From Naegleria gruberi (taxonomy: Eukaryota), in NCBI GenBank assembly GCA_000004985.1, contig GG738850.1: a stretch of DNA of 64,000 nt. One strand, 5' to 3'. The translations under genes and the position numbers were made by a program. Below the pieces are notes generated by a model. That model did not search any database. It saw only the letters and a program-made list of their open reading frames with translations, and was not told the DNA's origin. Shown here piece by piece: positions 45,256 to 56,824 of this stretch; positions within the stretch are counted from its first letter, which is position 1; each line of letters begins with the position of its first letter.

Positions 45256-46110
45256 TTATTGTCTTGGGGGAACTTGTTGAGCATAACTAGGATAGAATGG
45301 AAAGCCTTGTTGTGGAGGTGGTGGAGTTTGATAGGCTGAAGCAGATGTTTGTGAAATAACACCCTTCACTTTCTTTTGTTGAGGTGGTGGTGATGATGAG
45401 GCATTAGTTTCATCTACTTGTTGATCATTATCATCCTCTTCATCATTATCATATTGATCTTCATCATCTTCATCATCAAGGCTTCTTCTCGAAGATGATG
45501 TTGTAGAATTACCCACAAGACCCATTTGAACAATGGTTGGATTGAGTGGAGGTGCTAATGCTTGTCTAGTTGACTTTTTAGTTGGAGAACGAACAGAGGT
45601 TCTGAATGGTTCCGAAGAGAAGGTTAATAATTTCTGATTATCCATCAATATATGTACATTTAATCTGAACCATTCTACAACATTATCGGATGATGTTTCT
45701 CTAAATCTAAAATCAAGTTTAGCCTTTAAATTACCATGTTTTGATAAATCAAATTCTTCCTTTGTTTTTCCTTTTAAAACTCGTTTTCCAGCACGTTCTC
45801 TTTTTACACAAGTTACTTCTACATTTGTACGATCATCTACTAATTCTAATCTAACAAATAATCCACTTAATTGTGTTTGATTTGGAATACAAACTCTTAA
45901 ACCATATCGTATGGAAGTTAATAAATAATTATCCTCATAAAACTTTTCAAAATAATAATTTTTAGTATCAATGACTACATCATCTGGTGATAATAGATAT
46001 CCACCTCCATTGGGATTTATATTAATATCATGAATTTTTATACTAGAACCTGAATAACAACATGTTGTATAGGCTTTGGCTGATTTTTTACTACTATATC
46101 CTTTACTCAT
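45256..46110 (-). CDS. Hypothetical protein, 284 aa. N-terminal ~170 aa is probably a beta-rich globular domain. C-terminal is acidic and P/Q-rich low complexity.
   Basis: Clean single ORF with local codon bias. No confident domain assignment. Confidence 0.45.
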   Translation of the reverse strand: MSKGYSSKKSAKAYTTCCYSGSSIKIHDININPNGGGYLLSPDDVVIDTKNYYFEKFYEDNYLLTSIRYGLRVCIPNQTQLSGLFVRLELVDDRTNVEVTCVKRERAGKRVLKGKTKEEFDLSKHGNLKAKLDFRFRETSSDNVVEWFRLNVHILMDNQKLLTFSSEPFRTSVRSPTKKSTRQALAPPLNPTIVQMGLVGNSTTSSSRRSLDDEDDEDQYDNDEEDDNDQQVDETNASSSPPPQQKKVKGVISQTSASAYQTPPPPQQGFPFYPSYAQQVPPRQ

Positions 46111-46415
46111 ATTATGTCACAATAATTAGTTTTTTTATCTATGGTACAATGATGACGGAATCAACAGGATCTTGTTGGGTTATTATTGTTGATTGAGATG
46201 CAAGCGGTGCTCTTTTGTTATTTTTTTTAATAATTATTATTTTTGAAATTAAATCTTGTCTGACATATTATGATAATTGAAATAAGAGTCACTCAAAGTC
46301 AATGATGATTAAAGTAACTGATTGAAATTTAGAATAATTTCAAAGCCTTGTTTCTAAATTTAATTAATTGATAATCAATTGATAATTAAATCAATCTAAA
46401 TCAATTTAATAAAAA

Positions 46416-46838
46416 ATGAGTTCAGATCAACAAGTAGCCTATCCAACCATTGTAGAAGAACCATCTGCTACTACTGTAGATGAATCAACACCATCATCAA
46501 CACAATCAACATCTTCATCATCATCGGAACGTTTACCACTCACTCCTCTTAAACCAGCATCAAAAGGTACTCCATTATTAGAAACTGTTAAAAAAGTATT
46601 AGGAAAGGTATCTGTTGTAGTTATTCAACCTATTATTGCTGGCTTTTGTTTTGGTATGTAATCAATTTCATCATCATCATTAATTTAAATTGGAATTTTT
46701 AAAGCCTTTGGACAATTCTTCCTTAGAAAAGTTGTTTATTATACTCATTATGAAAATTTAACTCTCGGACAAACATTAACTAAAGGATGGGAAACTTTCC
46801 TTAAGGATTACATTCACTCAAAAAACAATACTAAATAA
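46416..46838 (+). CDS. Small hydrophobic protein (about 124 aa), 2 exons: 46416..46653, 46705..46838
   Basis: Donor GTATGT at 46654 and acceptor AAAG ending 46704 (51-nt intron) join ...VIQPIIAGFCF-A-FGQFFLRKVVYYTHYENLTLGQTLTKGWETFLKDYIHSKNNTK. Confidence 0.4.
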
Positions 46839-47010
46839 TCATGATCATAATTTAACCACAACACACTCAATTAATACAAAATTAATATATATTTATATAA
46901 TATGATAACATTGTTCTTGTTTAATTGATATTGGATTATTAGGGAAATTATTTACATTATAAAGCCTTTTCTAATTTCTTTTCAAATATTTGAAAAAAAA
47001 TGATTAAATA

Positions 47011-48102
47011 ATGATAAATCATTCTTCTTCGTCAATAGATTCATTCATCGGATCAAGTAATTTATTTAATGATAGGGAGGTTGGTAATGGTGATGATTAT
47101 CATTCGGATTTATATTCTTCATCTTCTTCATCTTTTAATCAACCAATGAATCATTCCAATAATATTCATCGTCATCATAATAATAATAATACAGTTGTTA
47201 ATGATAATAGTAATAATAATTTAATTCAACAAGGAAATGTTTCTCTTTTTAATAATACTAGAAATAATCCATTTGATGAATCATTATATTCAACAACACC
47301 TTCATCATCTTTGAATAATAATAATTACTCAATTAATAATCGATCATCATCCTATCAATCTCCATATTCATCTTCTTATCAACCCTATAATAATTACAAT
47401 AATAATACTCCTTACAATAATAATTATAATAATAATTATAATAATAATAATTACAATAATAGTCTCAATAATTACCATACTAATAATAATCTTAATAATC
47501 TTAATAATCTTAATAATAGATATCATAGACTTGATGAAATGGAAAGAAGATTAATATCAGAAAGACAAACCATTAAAATTCTACAAAAATTATTTAATTG
47601 GATTGAATCAACTTATTTATATAAAACATCAATTGAATATGCCAATCAATGGAGAATTAAAATGTCAAGAAATTCATCCTATGTAATGAATGAAAATTTA
47701 CAAACCAATCCAATTGAATCTAATAGATTTTATTCAAATTTTAATCAATCAAGTGCAATTTATTCAAGACATGAATCTTTTATTAGAAGTATAATTGATT
47801 CAATCATTTCTTTTAAAAGAACTTTATTATCTTCTATAAATGGTATAAATAATAGTAATGGTAATGAAACAACAACATCTTCAATTGAATATCAAGATAA
47901 TCAATTAGCACAAGATATTGCTAATAGAATTGATAGATATACTTTACAAGAAAGTAAATATAATAGATTTAATCAATTTAATAATCAACAACAACAACAA
48001 CAACAACAATATAATATAAATATAATGGATAGAATTAAAAGAGTTATTAATTCAATATTACATATATTTAAAATGATATATTATTATTATATAAAGAAAT
48101 GA
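47011..48102 (+). CDS. Hypothetical N/S/Y-rich low-complexity protein, 363 aa
   Basis: Long ORF with local codon bias. NNYNNN repeats. The C-terminal ~150 aa is less repetitive. Confidence 0.35.
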   Translation: MINHSSSSIDSFIGSSNLFNDREVGNGDDYHSDLYSSSSSSFNQPMNHSNNIHRHHNNNNTVVNDNSNNNLIQQGNVSLFNNTRNNPFDESLYSTTPSSSLNNNNYSINNRSSSYQSPYSSSYQPYNNYNNNTPYNNNYNNNYNNNNYNNSLNNYHTNNNLNNLNNLNNRYHRLDEMERRLISERQTIKILQKLFNWIESTYLYKTSIEYANQWRIKMSRNSSYVMNENLQTNPIESNRFYSNFNQSSAIYSRHESFIRSIIDSIISFKRTLLSSINGINNSNGNETTTSSIEYQDNQLAQDIANRIDRYTLQESKYNRFNQFNNQQQQQQQQYNINIMDRIKRVINSILHIFKMIYYYYIKK

Positions 48103-48162
48103 CATTGATTTTTAAACTCATCAATTATATTTCCATATTTGTAGAATATAATTTTTATAGTA

Positions 48163-48711
48163 ATGAACAACAATTCACAAAAACAAATTGAAAAAAAAAT
48201 GAAACCAATCTATATGGTTATTACAATAATATCAAGTATATTACATTATTTAATGTTTAGACCATATTCATTCATGACAGCATTTAAATTATATTTTATG
48301 GTAATTCATATTGGTGTTTGTTCTTCTATACGTGGAATTAATCATTTATTTAAAAAGCATGATAAAATAGATTTAACTAAAAGGAGTATTTATGAAAAAC
48401 AAGTTGGATGTGCTCATCTATCTTTGGGTATTTTAGGTTTATTATGTTTAGTAATGGGTAATAGTTTTGAATATTTATGTGGAATTGCTATTGTAATGAG
48501 TGTTTTTCATATTGGATGTGGTATTTTACAAGGAATTGATTCTATGAATACTACTACTACTACTACTTCTAATGGAACTAATAGGAAGGATGATTGGTTA
48601 TTACACTTGTTATATAATAGTGTATTTGTACCTTGTTTAACTATTTTAATGGTTTATTCTACTCCAAGTTATTATCAAACTACTTTTGCACCTCCTTCTA
48701 CATTTGAGTGA
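48163..48711 (+). CDS. Hypothetical multi-pass membrane protein, 182 aa
   Basis: Four or more hydrophobic helices, for example IYMVITIISSILHYLMF, LSLGILGLLCLVMG, LCGIAIVMSVFHIGCGIL and VFVPCLTILMVY. Confidence 0.4.
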   Translation: MNNNSQKQIEKKMKPIYMVITIISSILHYLMFRPYSFMTAFKLYFMVIHIGVCSSIRGINHLFKKHDKIDLTKRSIYEKQVGCAHLSLGILGLLCLVMGNSFEYLCGIAIVMSVFHIGCGILQGIDSMNTTTTTTSNGTNRKDDWLLHLLYNSVFVPCLTILMVYSTPSYYQTTFAPPSTFE

Positions 48712-48861
48712 GAGAATGAGATAGAATCTATATATGTTTCTTTACTATTTTTCCTATTATTCTTGATTTCTAATGATGATATCAATCCATTCTTTTCAAT
48801 AAAATGATAATTTGAAAGAAATATAGAGTCATAATTTAGATTTGTCATTCAAAAAAGATTT

Positions 48862-48974
48862 GATGATCTGTAGGATTCGAACCTACGAAGCTTATGCTAA
48901 CGAGTTTGATTGCCGTACAATCCATTGAAACATGAATCAATATTGTGTCGCCTTAACCACTCGGCCAAGATCAC
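48862..48974 (-). tRNA. Intron-containing class-II (Ser-type D-arm) tRNA gene, 113 nt. Anticodon not confidently resolved.
   Basis: Minus-strand sequence is GTGATCT-TG-GCCGAGTGGTTAAGGCG...GTAGG-TTCGAAT-CCTAC-AGATCAT-C. The 7-bp acceptor stem closes perfectly. The D-arm is identical to eukaryotic tRNA-Ser. A variable-arm hairpin AGC-ATAA-GCT lies before the T-arm. An insertion of about 31 nt occupies the anticodon region. A Pol III terminator, CTTTTTTGA, follows the 3' end. Confidence 0.7.
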
Positions 48975-49486
48975 CAAGTTTCAACGCCTAACAAATTGAT
49001 TAATTGATTAAAACTTCAAATTCAGAAGTGCATAGTTTTTTGTTCTATTTTGTTAGAAACGCATTTTGGGCGATTTTCAAATGAATTATTCTTTCAAATC
49101 GATCTGAAGGTATGAACGCACCTCAAAGCATCAGTATGGATTCCTGATTTTATGAACTTTCTATGTTTTCTCAATTAATTGAATCGTTTCTTAAAGAAGT
49201 ATCTGAGGGAAACAACATCATATAGTGCGAAATTCTTTAATGAACACCTTACTATTTTAATGTTAGAAAGAGAATTTTACTCTTGAACACATAAGTCTTA
49301 GCACATATGATAATTACCATGTCTTGGTCAACCAATATTTTTAGAACATATATTTATTGTAAAGATTACGGAAAACATAACCAATAGCTTTCAAACGTTA
49401 CAACATGCCATTTAAATTCGTTTGAAGGATTTGAACCAATCAAAATGAGATGACAAGGTCATTTTCTACAATATCACCAATCTCAT

Positions 49487-50179
49487 ATGGATTCATCTCT
49501 TAAAAAAATGGTTGCAAGGATTTCTGCCAATTTAATACTCCTTCTATTCTTGTGCACGGTTTCAGTTTTGCATGTGGTGTTGGCCTCTCGTCCAAATTGT
49601 GCAACTCCATTGAATACTAAAGGATCTAACACAGTTGACTCTTTTGGCAGACAGACATTGATTAATGATTTTGAAGATCATCATATTCATATTCAGCAAA
49701 CTAAATCTCATCTTGGTGGAAAGAGTGTCAAAGTTTTGAGTTCCTTGTCTACAAATTTTGGGTTTATTTCAAATTTTATTGCTAAAATTTCCTTCAACTC
49801 TTTACCTCCAACTACATTTAATGGAGTTCTTGGACCAACTAATGCAAATATTCCACAAGTTGCATTTACATCAAGTGCTAATGTAAAATGTTATGCATGT
49901 CAAGTGGCATGTGAAAAGGCATGGGCTGGATTGTCTAATACTCCAGTTTTTGAAAGATGTCCACACAAGTACTTTTATTATGGATGTGATAGACCTTGTT
50001 ACTCAACATCATCTGCTTCAGAACAAGATATTGCACAAATGATTGCCATATGTAGAGTTAGAAACAAGTGTGCCTTCAATCATAAAATTATTAAAAAATA
50101 CAGAAAGGGAAGTAATAAGAATATTATCCCAAATGTTATCAAAGGAATTAGATCTGTAAATGAATCAACCAGAGAATAA
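49487..50179 (+). CDS. Hypothetical secreted cysteine-rich protein, 230 aa
   Basis: N-terminal signal-like segment LILLLFLCTVSVLHVVLASR. At least 10 Cys in the C-terminal half (CYACQVACEK...CPHKYFYYGCDRPCY). Confidence 0.45.
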   Translation: MDSSLKKMVARISANLILLLFLCTVSVLHVVLASRPNCATPLNTKGSNTVDSFGRQTLINDFEDHHIHIQQTKSHLGGKSVKVLSSLSTNFGFISNFIAKISFNSLPPTTFNGVLGPTNANIPQVAFTSSANVKCYACQVACEKAWAGLSNTPVFERCPHKYFYYGCDRPCYSTSSASEQDIAQMIAICRVRNKCAFNHKIIKKYRKGSNKNIIPNVIKGIRSVNESTRE

Positions 50180-50311
50180 TAACAAAATATTGTTTGATAA
50201 AGATTAATCTTCCTTTTGCTCTTCTCAATACAAAAACTTCACTTTTTAAATCAGAGAGTTATAGGAAGTTTCAACGAAATGGAACATATCGAAATTCAAA
50301 TCAGATGCTAA

Positions 50312-51535
50312 TCAATTTTTATGAGTGAATATTGAAATATCTGTCAACAAGTTTTGTTTTACAATTGAAAAACCTTTCAACTTTTGTGTAATGAAATGAT
50401 TGTGAGAAGGTAATTGTAAAGCAAGAATTTTGTCTGTTGAAATTACCTCGGTAGGTTCATAATTGGTTTCATCTGTATGAAAAATCAATATTATTCCCTG
50501 TTCTGTTATTGTAAAGAGATTAAAACCCAATGATTGCATGAATTTGAATTCAACTTGATTAAATCTTTTTAAGCTTTCTCTGTGTAATTCATATTCATTG
50601 TGATTGTCAAGATTAATTGTTGAAATTGACTGTTCAGTTAATACAAGTACTTGATATCTCATAGCAGAAAAACCAATATCACAAACTTTTGAATGTGAGT
50701 GAAATATATTTAACTCTCATAACCTACCTCTATATTTTGGATTCGAATAGCTATGTATTACTGGAATATCGTTTCCCATAGAAGGTTCAGATAAAGTTAA
50801 ACCATCATGAAAACAGGTAATGGAAACAGATGCATCTGGGGAATAAACACTCAGAATTGGGTTTCTATCCATCTGATGAAAGTGAACTAATTGTAAAGTA
50901 TTACAATATGGAGTCAACATGAATTTTGAAATAAACTTTCCAGTCCAAAACACAGAAAAGTGACTAAAACAGGAAATTGAGCTCACCAAATGAACATTTC
51001 CGACTTGTATGCTATTATTGTCTATTATTTTTGGTAAAAAGTCAACCAGATCAAACATTTCACTAAGAATGAATTCACTTTTTAAATCCAATTTTGCAAC
51101 CTTTCCACTCTCAAATATCACAAGCATCATTTCTTCTCCTAAAACATGTACTCTAATGATATCTCCACCACCTAAACTACTACCTCTACTACCACCACCA
51201 CAACTAGTGATGATAGGTTCTAAATAGTGTGAAAGATTCTTCTTAACTTTACCACTGAGTGAATCAATGATGGAAAGTTGATTTTTACTCCAACAAGCAA
51301 TGACACTTGTTTGTCCCATAATTATCTCAACAAGACCCAATACGGCTTGTGAAAGTACCTTTTCAACATGTTCCTTTCTATCCTCAACTACCACAACAGT
51401 CTGGGAATTATTCCGATAGGAGATTTTAGAAACATTTCCATCTTGATGTCCAACATAAATTGAATAGGCTCTTGTTGATGCCTCTGTTGTGTTGTTTGTG
51501 ACTAGAAAACTGGTGATGGGAGCGTGTTCTAACAT
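50312..51535 (-). CDS. Hypothetical protein. The two ORF-track pieces (51535..50717 and 50662..50312) are probably one gene. The junction is not resolved.
   Basis: The upstream ORF ends at AGAG|GTAGGT, a good donor. The downstream piece begins after CTGCTATGAG. The phases do not close with these sites, so a micro-exon or alternative site is needed. Confidence 0.3.
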
Positions 51536-52073
51536 TTCATTTTTTTAAATAATTTATTAGTGAAGAATATTTAGTTTTTACAATAAAGTTCTAAACATGT
51601 TCCTGTGAATGATGAAACAAAATGAGATTTTTCACTTGTGCATTATTTTCTTTTGACGTCAATTATATATGTTTGTAAAGTTAAAGACAGAAAGTCCATA
51701 CTCTCAAATTGTCCTTGTTCTTCAGTCTATGTACCATTTCATCACATATTGAGCTTTTTTCACATTATCTTGCTATTTGTGATTTGATGTTTAGTGCCAA
51801 TAATGTGAAAGGATATGTAGATAAGAACGGAAAAAAGGTTGATATTTTGATTTCCATTCACTTCAATGTTATTCATTGTCGATGAAGGTAAAGGTTTTGT
51901 CCAAGAACCTGATTCTTCATATGTTGTCTTTCCAGGTTGGCAACAATTAGCTTGCTCACCAGGAATTGGAGATAATAATTTCTAAAGTATGTAACGATAG
52001 TTTCAAACCTTAATTCCAATCCGCTTTGTTGTTCTTTTAAATATTATTAATGGATATGATACCTATTAAGGCA

Positions 52074-53804
52074 TTATTCATTGCACGTATCGTAAAATCT
52101 GGAAGCACTGAATGTTCCAATGGAAGCTACACAATCATGATCATCATAAAATTCCTGGATAACCTTGTGATTAGCACCGTGTATACTACCATCATCTCGT
52201 GGGTCAAGATTTGTCTCAACAACTACATATTTCAAACATTTTGATAATTGACTCAATTTGGAAGTAAACTCACACATATTGATCCAACCATTAGTGTACC
52301 TTGAATTATAATCAAATAAGATATCAATATTGTGTAGCTGTTTGAGAAATTCTATCTGATGGAACAAGTATTCACTACTTGAAAACCCAGACAAGACTAA
52401 ATATTTCAAATTCGGTAATACCGTTGGTGATACGAGATTTTCTAATATTTGTCGAATTCTTTTTTCTGCTTCTGCCCTTCGTTCGTTATCATAGTAATAA
52501 TCTTCATACCCAAAACTAATTCTCAAATATTTCACTCCTGGAAATGTGCATCCATTAAAAACCAATCCTTGCTGTTTTTTACTCCAATCAAAACAATCAA
52601 TCGATAGAAATCTAATACTGGTTGGAAACTCAAAATTCTTTAGAGGATCCAAATGGAAAACATTTACAAAACTCAAGAGTATTGATCCTGACAATCTTTC
52701 CCTTAGTTCCTTCTCTTCAATAGGTTCAGGCAAATTTGTATTTGACTGCTCACTAGTAGTAGTAGTAGTAGTAGCAGATCTAGTATTGAACCATCCACCA
52801 TACTTGAAAAGTAATAATAATGGTGATGCCAATACAAAGTATGAACTCCAATACGACGACAATAGGGCTAGTAATACACAACAAATATAAATGATACCAT
52901 TATTGTTATGAATTTTTGTTTTTGTTTCAGGAATAATCTTACCATTCGATTCTTTTTTTGAAAATTCTTGATTATTGGTGTTATTTTTCACAAATTGATA
53001 CCAACCACTCGATGATTCAATTCTAATTCCTATTTTCCTTTCCATTAGTTTTTTTCCAACCAATATCTTTACCTGAGACATGTAAGACTTGTTAGGCCAG
53101 TATTCCATATATTTTTCTGGTAGTAGATCATTTTCATGAGTTTGATACTCGCTTGAAACCTCTGAGCTCATAAATTTGTACATTTCAAGAGATAGAATTA
53201 GGGATTGAGTTAAAAACATGTCGAATGAAGATCCACTAGGCTTGTAATACCTTTCATAATCATCAAAGGAAATATTAAATCGGTTCAATCTTGATTGAAT
53301 CATTTCTGTACAAGTACTTTCATCACGATAAATATCCATATTCAAAGGATTGTCCAATGTAGTTGTTAAATTATTGTAATCTACTGCTTTTGATTTTCCT
53401 CTTTCTATTCCTTGAATAATGGCTTGAATTCTATAAGATTCATCCATCTCTATAGCATTCAAATCTCCTGTACATAAATTCAATTGATCAAAAGTTCTAG
53501 TCCTAATCCAATACGAAACCTTCTGATAAAAAACAAATCCATTCAACCAAAACCTTTCAAAAGTCTCATCACTATTTCCCATAATTAAATTCCTCATCTT
53601 TTGATTAATATTCGCAAATTGTTTGAGTGATTTAATATTTTCAAATGGTGGTATGAATGTTTTAACTTGTGCAACAAGTCTAATATCAACCCTATTGAAC
53701 CAATTCAAATCACCAACCAAAAACATTACAATCTCTCCGATAATCTCCTTCGGCAATTGCTCAAAGTGACTGTGGCAAATTTCCTCCGTGTGATTTGAAA
53801 GCAT
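52074..53804 (-). CDS. F-box-like / leucine-rich-repeat protein with an internal hydrophobic segment, 576 aa
   Basis: N-terminal LPKEIIGEIVMFLVGDL is F-box-like. The C-terminal third is RNI-like LRR (LPNLKYLVLSGFSSSEYLF, LKQLHNIDILFD). Confidence 0.5.
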   Translation of the reverse strand: MLSNHTEEICHSHFEQLPKEIIGEIVMFLVGDLNWFNRVDIRLVAQVKTFIPPFENIKSLKQFANINQKMRNLIMGNSDETFERFWLNGFVFYQKVSYWIRTRTFDQLNLCTGDLNAIEMDESYRIQAIIQGIERGKSKAVDYNNLTTTLDNPLNMDIYRDESTCTEMIQSRLNRFNISFDDYERYYKPSGSSFDMFLTQSLILSLEMYKFMSSEVSSEYQTHENDLLPEKYMEYWPNKSYMSQVKILVGKKLMERKIGIRIESSSGWYQFVKNNTNNQEFSKKESNGKIIPETKTKIHNNNGIIYICCVLLALLSSYWSSYFVLASPLLLLFKYGGWFNTRSATTTTTTSEQSNTNLPEPIEEKELRERLSGSILLSFVNVFHLDPLKNFEFPTSIRFLSIDCFDWSKKQQGLVFNGCTFPGVKYLRISFGYEDYYYDNERRAEAEKRIRQILENLVSPTVLPNLKYLVLSGFSSSEYLFHQIEFLKQLHNIDILFDYNSRYTNGWINMCEFTSKLSQLSKCLKYVVVETNLDPRDDGSIHGANHKVIQEFYDDHDCVASIGTFSASRFYDTCNE

Positions 53805-53952
53805 TTTTTTTTGAATTTTATTTTGAAGTGTGAAATCTTAAATGTAGCTTTCAAGAAATTCAAGATTTTTATGAAAGTCAATATCGAAAAAGCATTTGGC
53901 AAAGGATATAGAAAGAGAGTTTACTTTACAAATTTCTACAAGTTTTATGAAA

Positions 53953-54945
53953 TTATTGTTTTGGATTAATTTCGAATAAATCTCTTTCACTTGTTCCCAT
54001 TACAAATACTTTTTCAAATCCCTTATTATATATTGTATAAAGAAATTCCTTCACACATGCATCTGAATTAATCATTTCCTTACTCAATCCAATTTTTTCC
54101 ATTACTTCCTTAATTATATTCTTATCTGAATTGGTAAATCTTTTTATCCAACTTCCTTCATCTGTTTCTTGGTTTTGGCTTAAAATTTCAGTTTCAACAA
54201 GTGTAACAGTTCCTTCATCCATTGTAATTTTGTTTGATCTAAGTAAATCTCCATTTCCATTTCCGTAATCACATCTATAAACTGTGAAAAATAATTTGGT
54301 CAATTGGGTAGTTCCTTGAATGTTTGCAATAGTAAAGTTAATTTCTACATCTGATTGATCGTAGGAATATGTGGAAATATCGAGTTTTTCAATAAAAATG
54401 AAAGGTGAAACGAGACGAATCATTTCTGAAATTAATTCATCATTGAATTCATTGAGGATAGCAGGATTATAAACATAGGTTTGTTCATATTTGTATTGGT
54501 CCCACTCTGTTAAATGATCAATTGTATTTCTCGCAAGGAATGAGTTTCGAATGCAATTCAACATGAAACTATTCTTGTCATCCTTATTTGGAAATTCAAT
54601 TTCAATCTTTTCATCATTGCCTCTTGCTTTCATTGAATTCTCCAAATTTTTAATCATGAATTGATTCCAAAAATCAGAAGCATTCACAAAACCATCATTC
54701 CAATCTTTGCAAACTAATCTTAACGAAACTAAATATGAAAGCCTTTGCCAACTTGTTTCTGCAATAGATTCTTCTGTTTCTTCCTCAATTGGTTCTTTGT
54801 CGGAATATTCTTCTTCAGCACCATCGAGGTTCACAGGTTTTTTTGGAGTTTTTTCTTCCACAAGGAAAGGAATAACTTCATATAAAAACACACCACTGGA
54901 TAACAGTAATTGGATTGCTGACATTTTTTTTGATTGTCCAACCAA
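53953..54945 (-). CDS. F-box-like protein, 330 aa
   Basis: WQRLSYLVSLRLVCKDWNDGF matches the C-terminal half of the F-box consensus (L..VCK.W). The remainder is unassigned. Confidence 0.4.
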   Translation of the reverse strand: MVGQSKKMSAIQLLLSSGVFLYEVIPFLVEEKTPKKPVNLDGAEEEYSDKEPIEEETEESIAETSWQRLSYLVSLRLVCKDWNDGFVNASDFWNQFMIKNLENSMKARGNDEKIEIEFPNKDDKNSFMLNCIRNSFLARNTIDHLTEWDQYKYEQTYVYNPAILNEFNDELISEMIRLVSPFIFIEKLDISTYSYDQSDVEINFTIANIQGTTQLTKLFFTVYRCDYGNGNGDLLRSNKITMDEGTVTLVETEILSQNQETDEGSWIKRFTNSDKNIIKEVMEKIGLSKEMINSDACVKEFLYTIYNKGFEKVFVMGTSERDLFEINPKQ

Positions 54946-55468
54946 ATGTCCAACAAATCAAAAGGCCAAAAGATTCTCAACAAGTTCACAAAATGAATTT
55001 TAAAAAGTTCATTGATAAGCAATTTTGACATTATTTAATATTTTCGAAGGAGGAATTGACAAGAATATTGAAGACTCATCTTTCACTTTCTGTCAATGGC
55101 AGCCATGATATAACTATCAAGATTCATTTCTGAAAAACAATAAAAGCAGATCAATTTCCTTTATAACACTGTCTCAGATTGGAGTAACCCCAAAACAGTG
55201 ATTATAAAAAATAAATCTTAATAAAAAATCCTCGATGAGTAATCACAGTTATTCCGTTTCTTTGCTTTCGGGAAGTGTGAGTAATTTATCATCCAATAAT
55301 ATAAGTGCTAAATTTGAAGGATTTTGTGGAGAGTTATTTAGGTTAGTTTCTAAGGAGAATAGTTTAGACTTTTTTTCCGACTTGTACGTTTCTTACAGGT
55401 TAAATTCTTACAACCATTTTTGAATAAGCTACAAGGTCATAATTTCTGCTGTTGGTGATTGCATTAAC

Positions 55469-56715
55469 TTGATGAAATATATCTTTGAAAAAACAGGATA
55501 TATTTATCCAATTAATCTACCTAGTATTCATAATGCTGGAACTTATTATAGAACTAGTTTAACAAGAGTTTTGCCAAAACCTTGTTATCTATATCTTCAA
55601 AGAAAAGAAGAGATTCCTTATTTGGAACTAAGCAAGATTAAAGACTTTTATGAGCAATTGATTTTACAAACAAGCGAAGAATCAAGAATGAAGGAATTAA
55701 AATTCAAATCTGAAACTTTTCAAAAAATTTTCCCAACTTTATTATTTGGAGATGAAATAGTGATTGAAAATAATTTTGTAGATATGTTATTTAACATTAC
55801 AACAATTAATGATACAACTGTTAAGGTTAATCAAGTTAAGTGCAAAGAAGACACAAAACAACTATTCAAAACATGTTCTGTTCTGTGTCAAAGAGCATGA
55901 TATTATTACTGAAAAGTATCTGTTCAGAGCTCAAACTCTCCCTTCACACTGATAGCTCATTGTTGAGAGATGTGATTCCTTTACCTCTAATGGAAGAGAT
56001 TCGTTTCAAGATCTTGGTAAGTATTTAAGTTGAATTATTATCTTCAAGTATTATCCAGAGAAATCATGTCAACAAAGTTTACTTGGTTGAAAAGAAAGTC
56101 AATGGCAAATGGAAAAAAAAGGAAATAATTAAAGTTTGTAAAAGTGAGGCTGCATTGCAAAAAGAGATGTTATATGGACATTCATCATTTACTAATGCTA
56201 ATCACAAACTTATTGGTATTCCATACTATGAGTCGATTAAAAAACTAAAGTCAAACGAAAGAGAAGCTCTTTTGAATATGGCCATTGAACAAGATTTGCT
56301 CCACATTTCTAAACTTGTTCATTGCGATTTAAAACCAGACCATATTGTTATAGATCCATTGAGAGATACTGGATTTAGATTATTGGATTTTGAGTTTGTT
56401 GTTACGGAAGGTGATGAGGTCATTGGCTACACAAAAGGATATCATCCTCCTGAATATGATTGTCTTGAAAATCAACAATATGCAATTGCATCAAGGAAAT
56501 CAGATGTTTTTTCACTTGGTTTGTGTATGCTCCACTTTATGAACAATGAATTCATTCCCAATAGATTAGAAATACCAGATTATTTAAAGGTAATTGAGGA
56601 CATACTTTTGAGGGATGTATTAACTCAAATGCTTGAATTGGATTGCTCAAGGAGATTATCAGATGCTTCAGATATTGTTACAATGCTAAAAGATGATATC
56701 AATCAATTTCCTTAA
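55469..56715 (+). CDS. Protein-kinase-like gene, multi-exon, with a degenerate N-lobe and no Gly-rich loop. The last two exons are about 55930..56028 and 56069..56715.
   Basis: Donor GTAAGT after ...EEIRFKIL at about 56021 and acceptor CCAG ending 56068 join to RNHVNKVYLVEKKVNGKWKKKEIIKVCK (beta3-like VCK). HCDLKPDHIV replaces HRD. LLDFE replaces DFG. HPPE occupies the APE position. Upstream exon structure is unresolved. Confidence 0.45.
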
Positions 56716-56824
56716 TAAAGAGGTTCGACTTTGCAAAGTTGTTTTTTGATTTTTTCAATATTTCCTTCTCCCTTAATTGAATTGATTGTAAATTTATGGA
56801 TGAGGATTTTCCACTCTTGTTTCA

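Noticed and set aside
51770-52005. 78-aa minus-strand open frame downstream of the F-box/LRR gene stop
   Set aside because: It has no start codon and no homology. It could be 3' UTR or a decayed exon, and the support is insufficient to call it.
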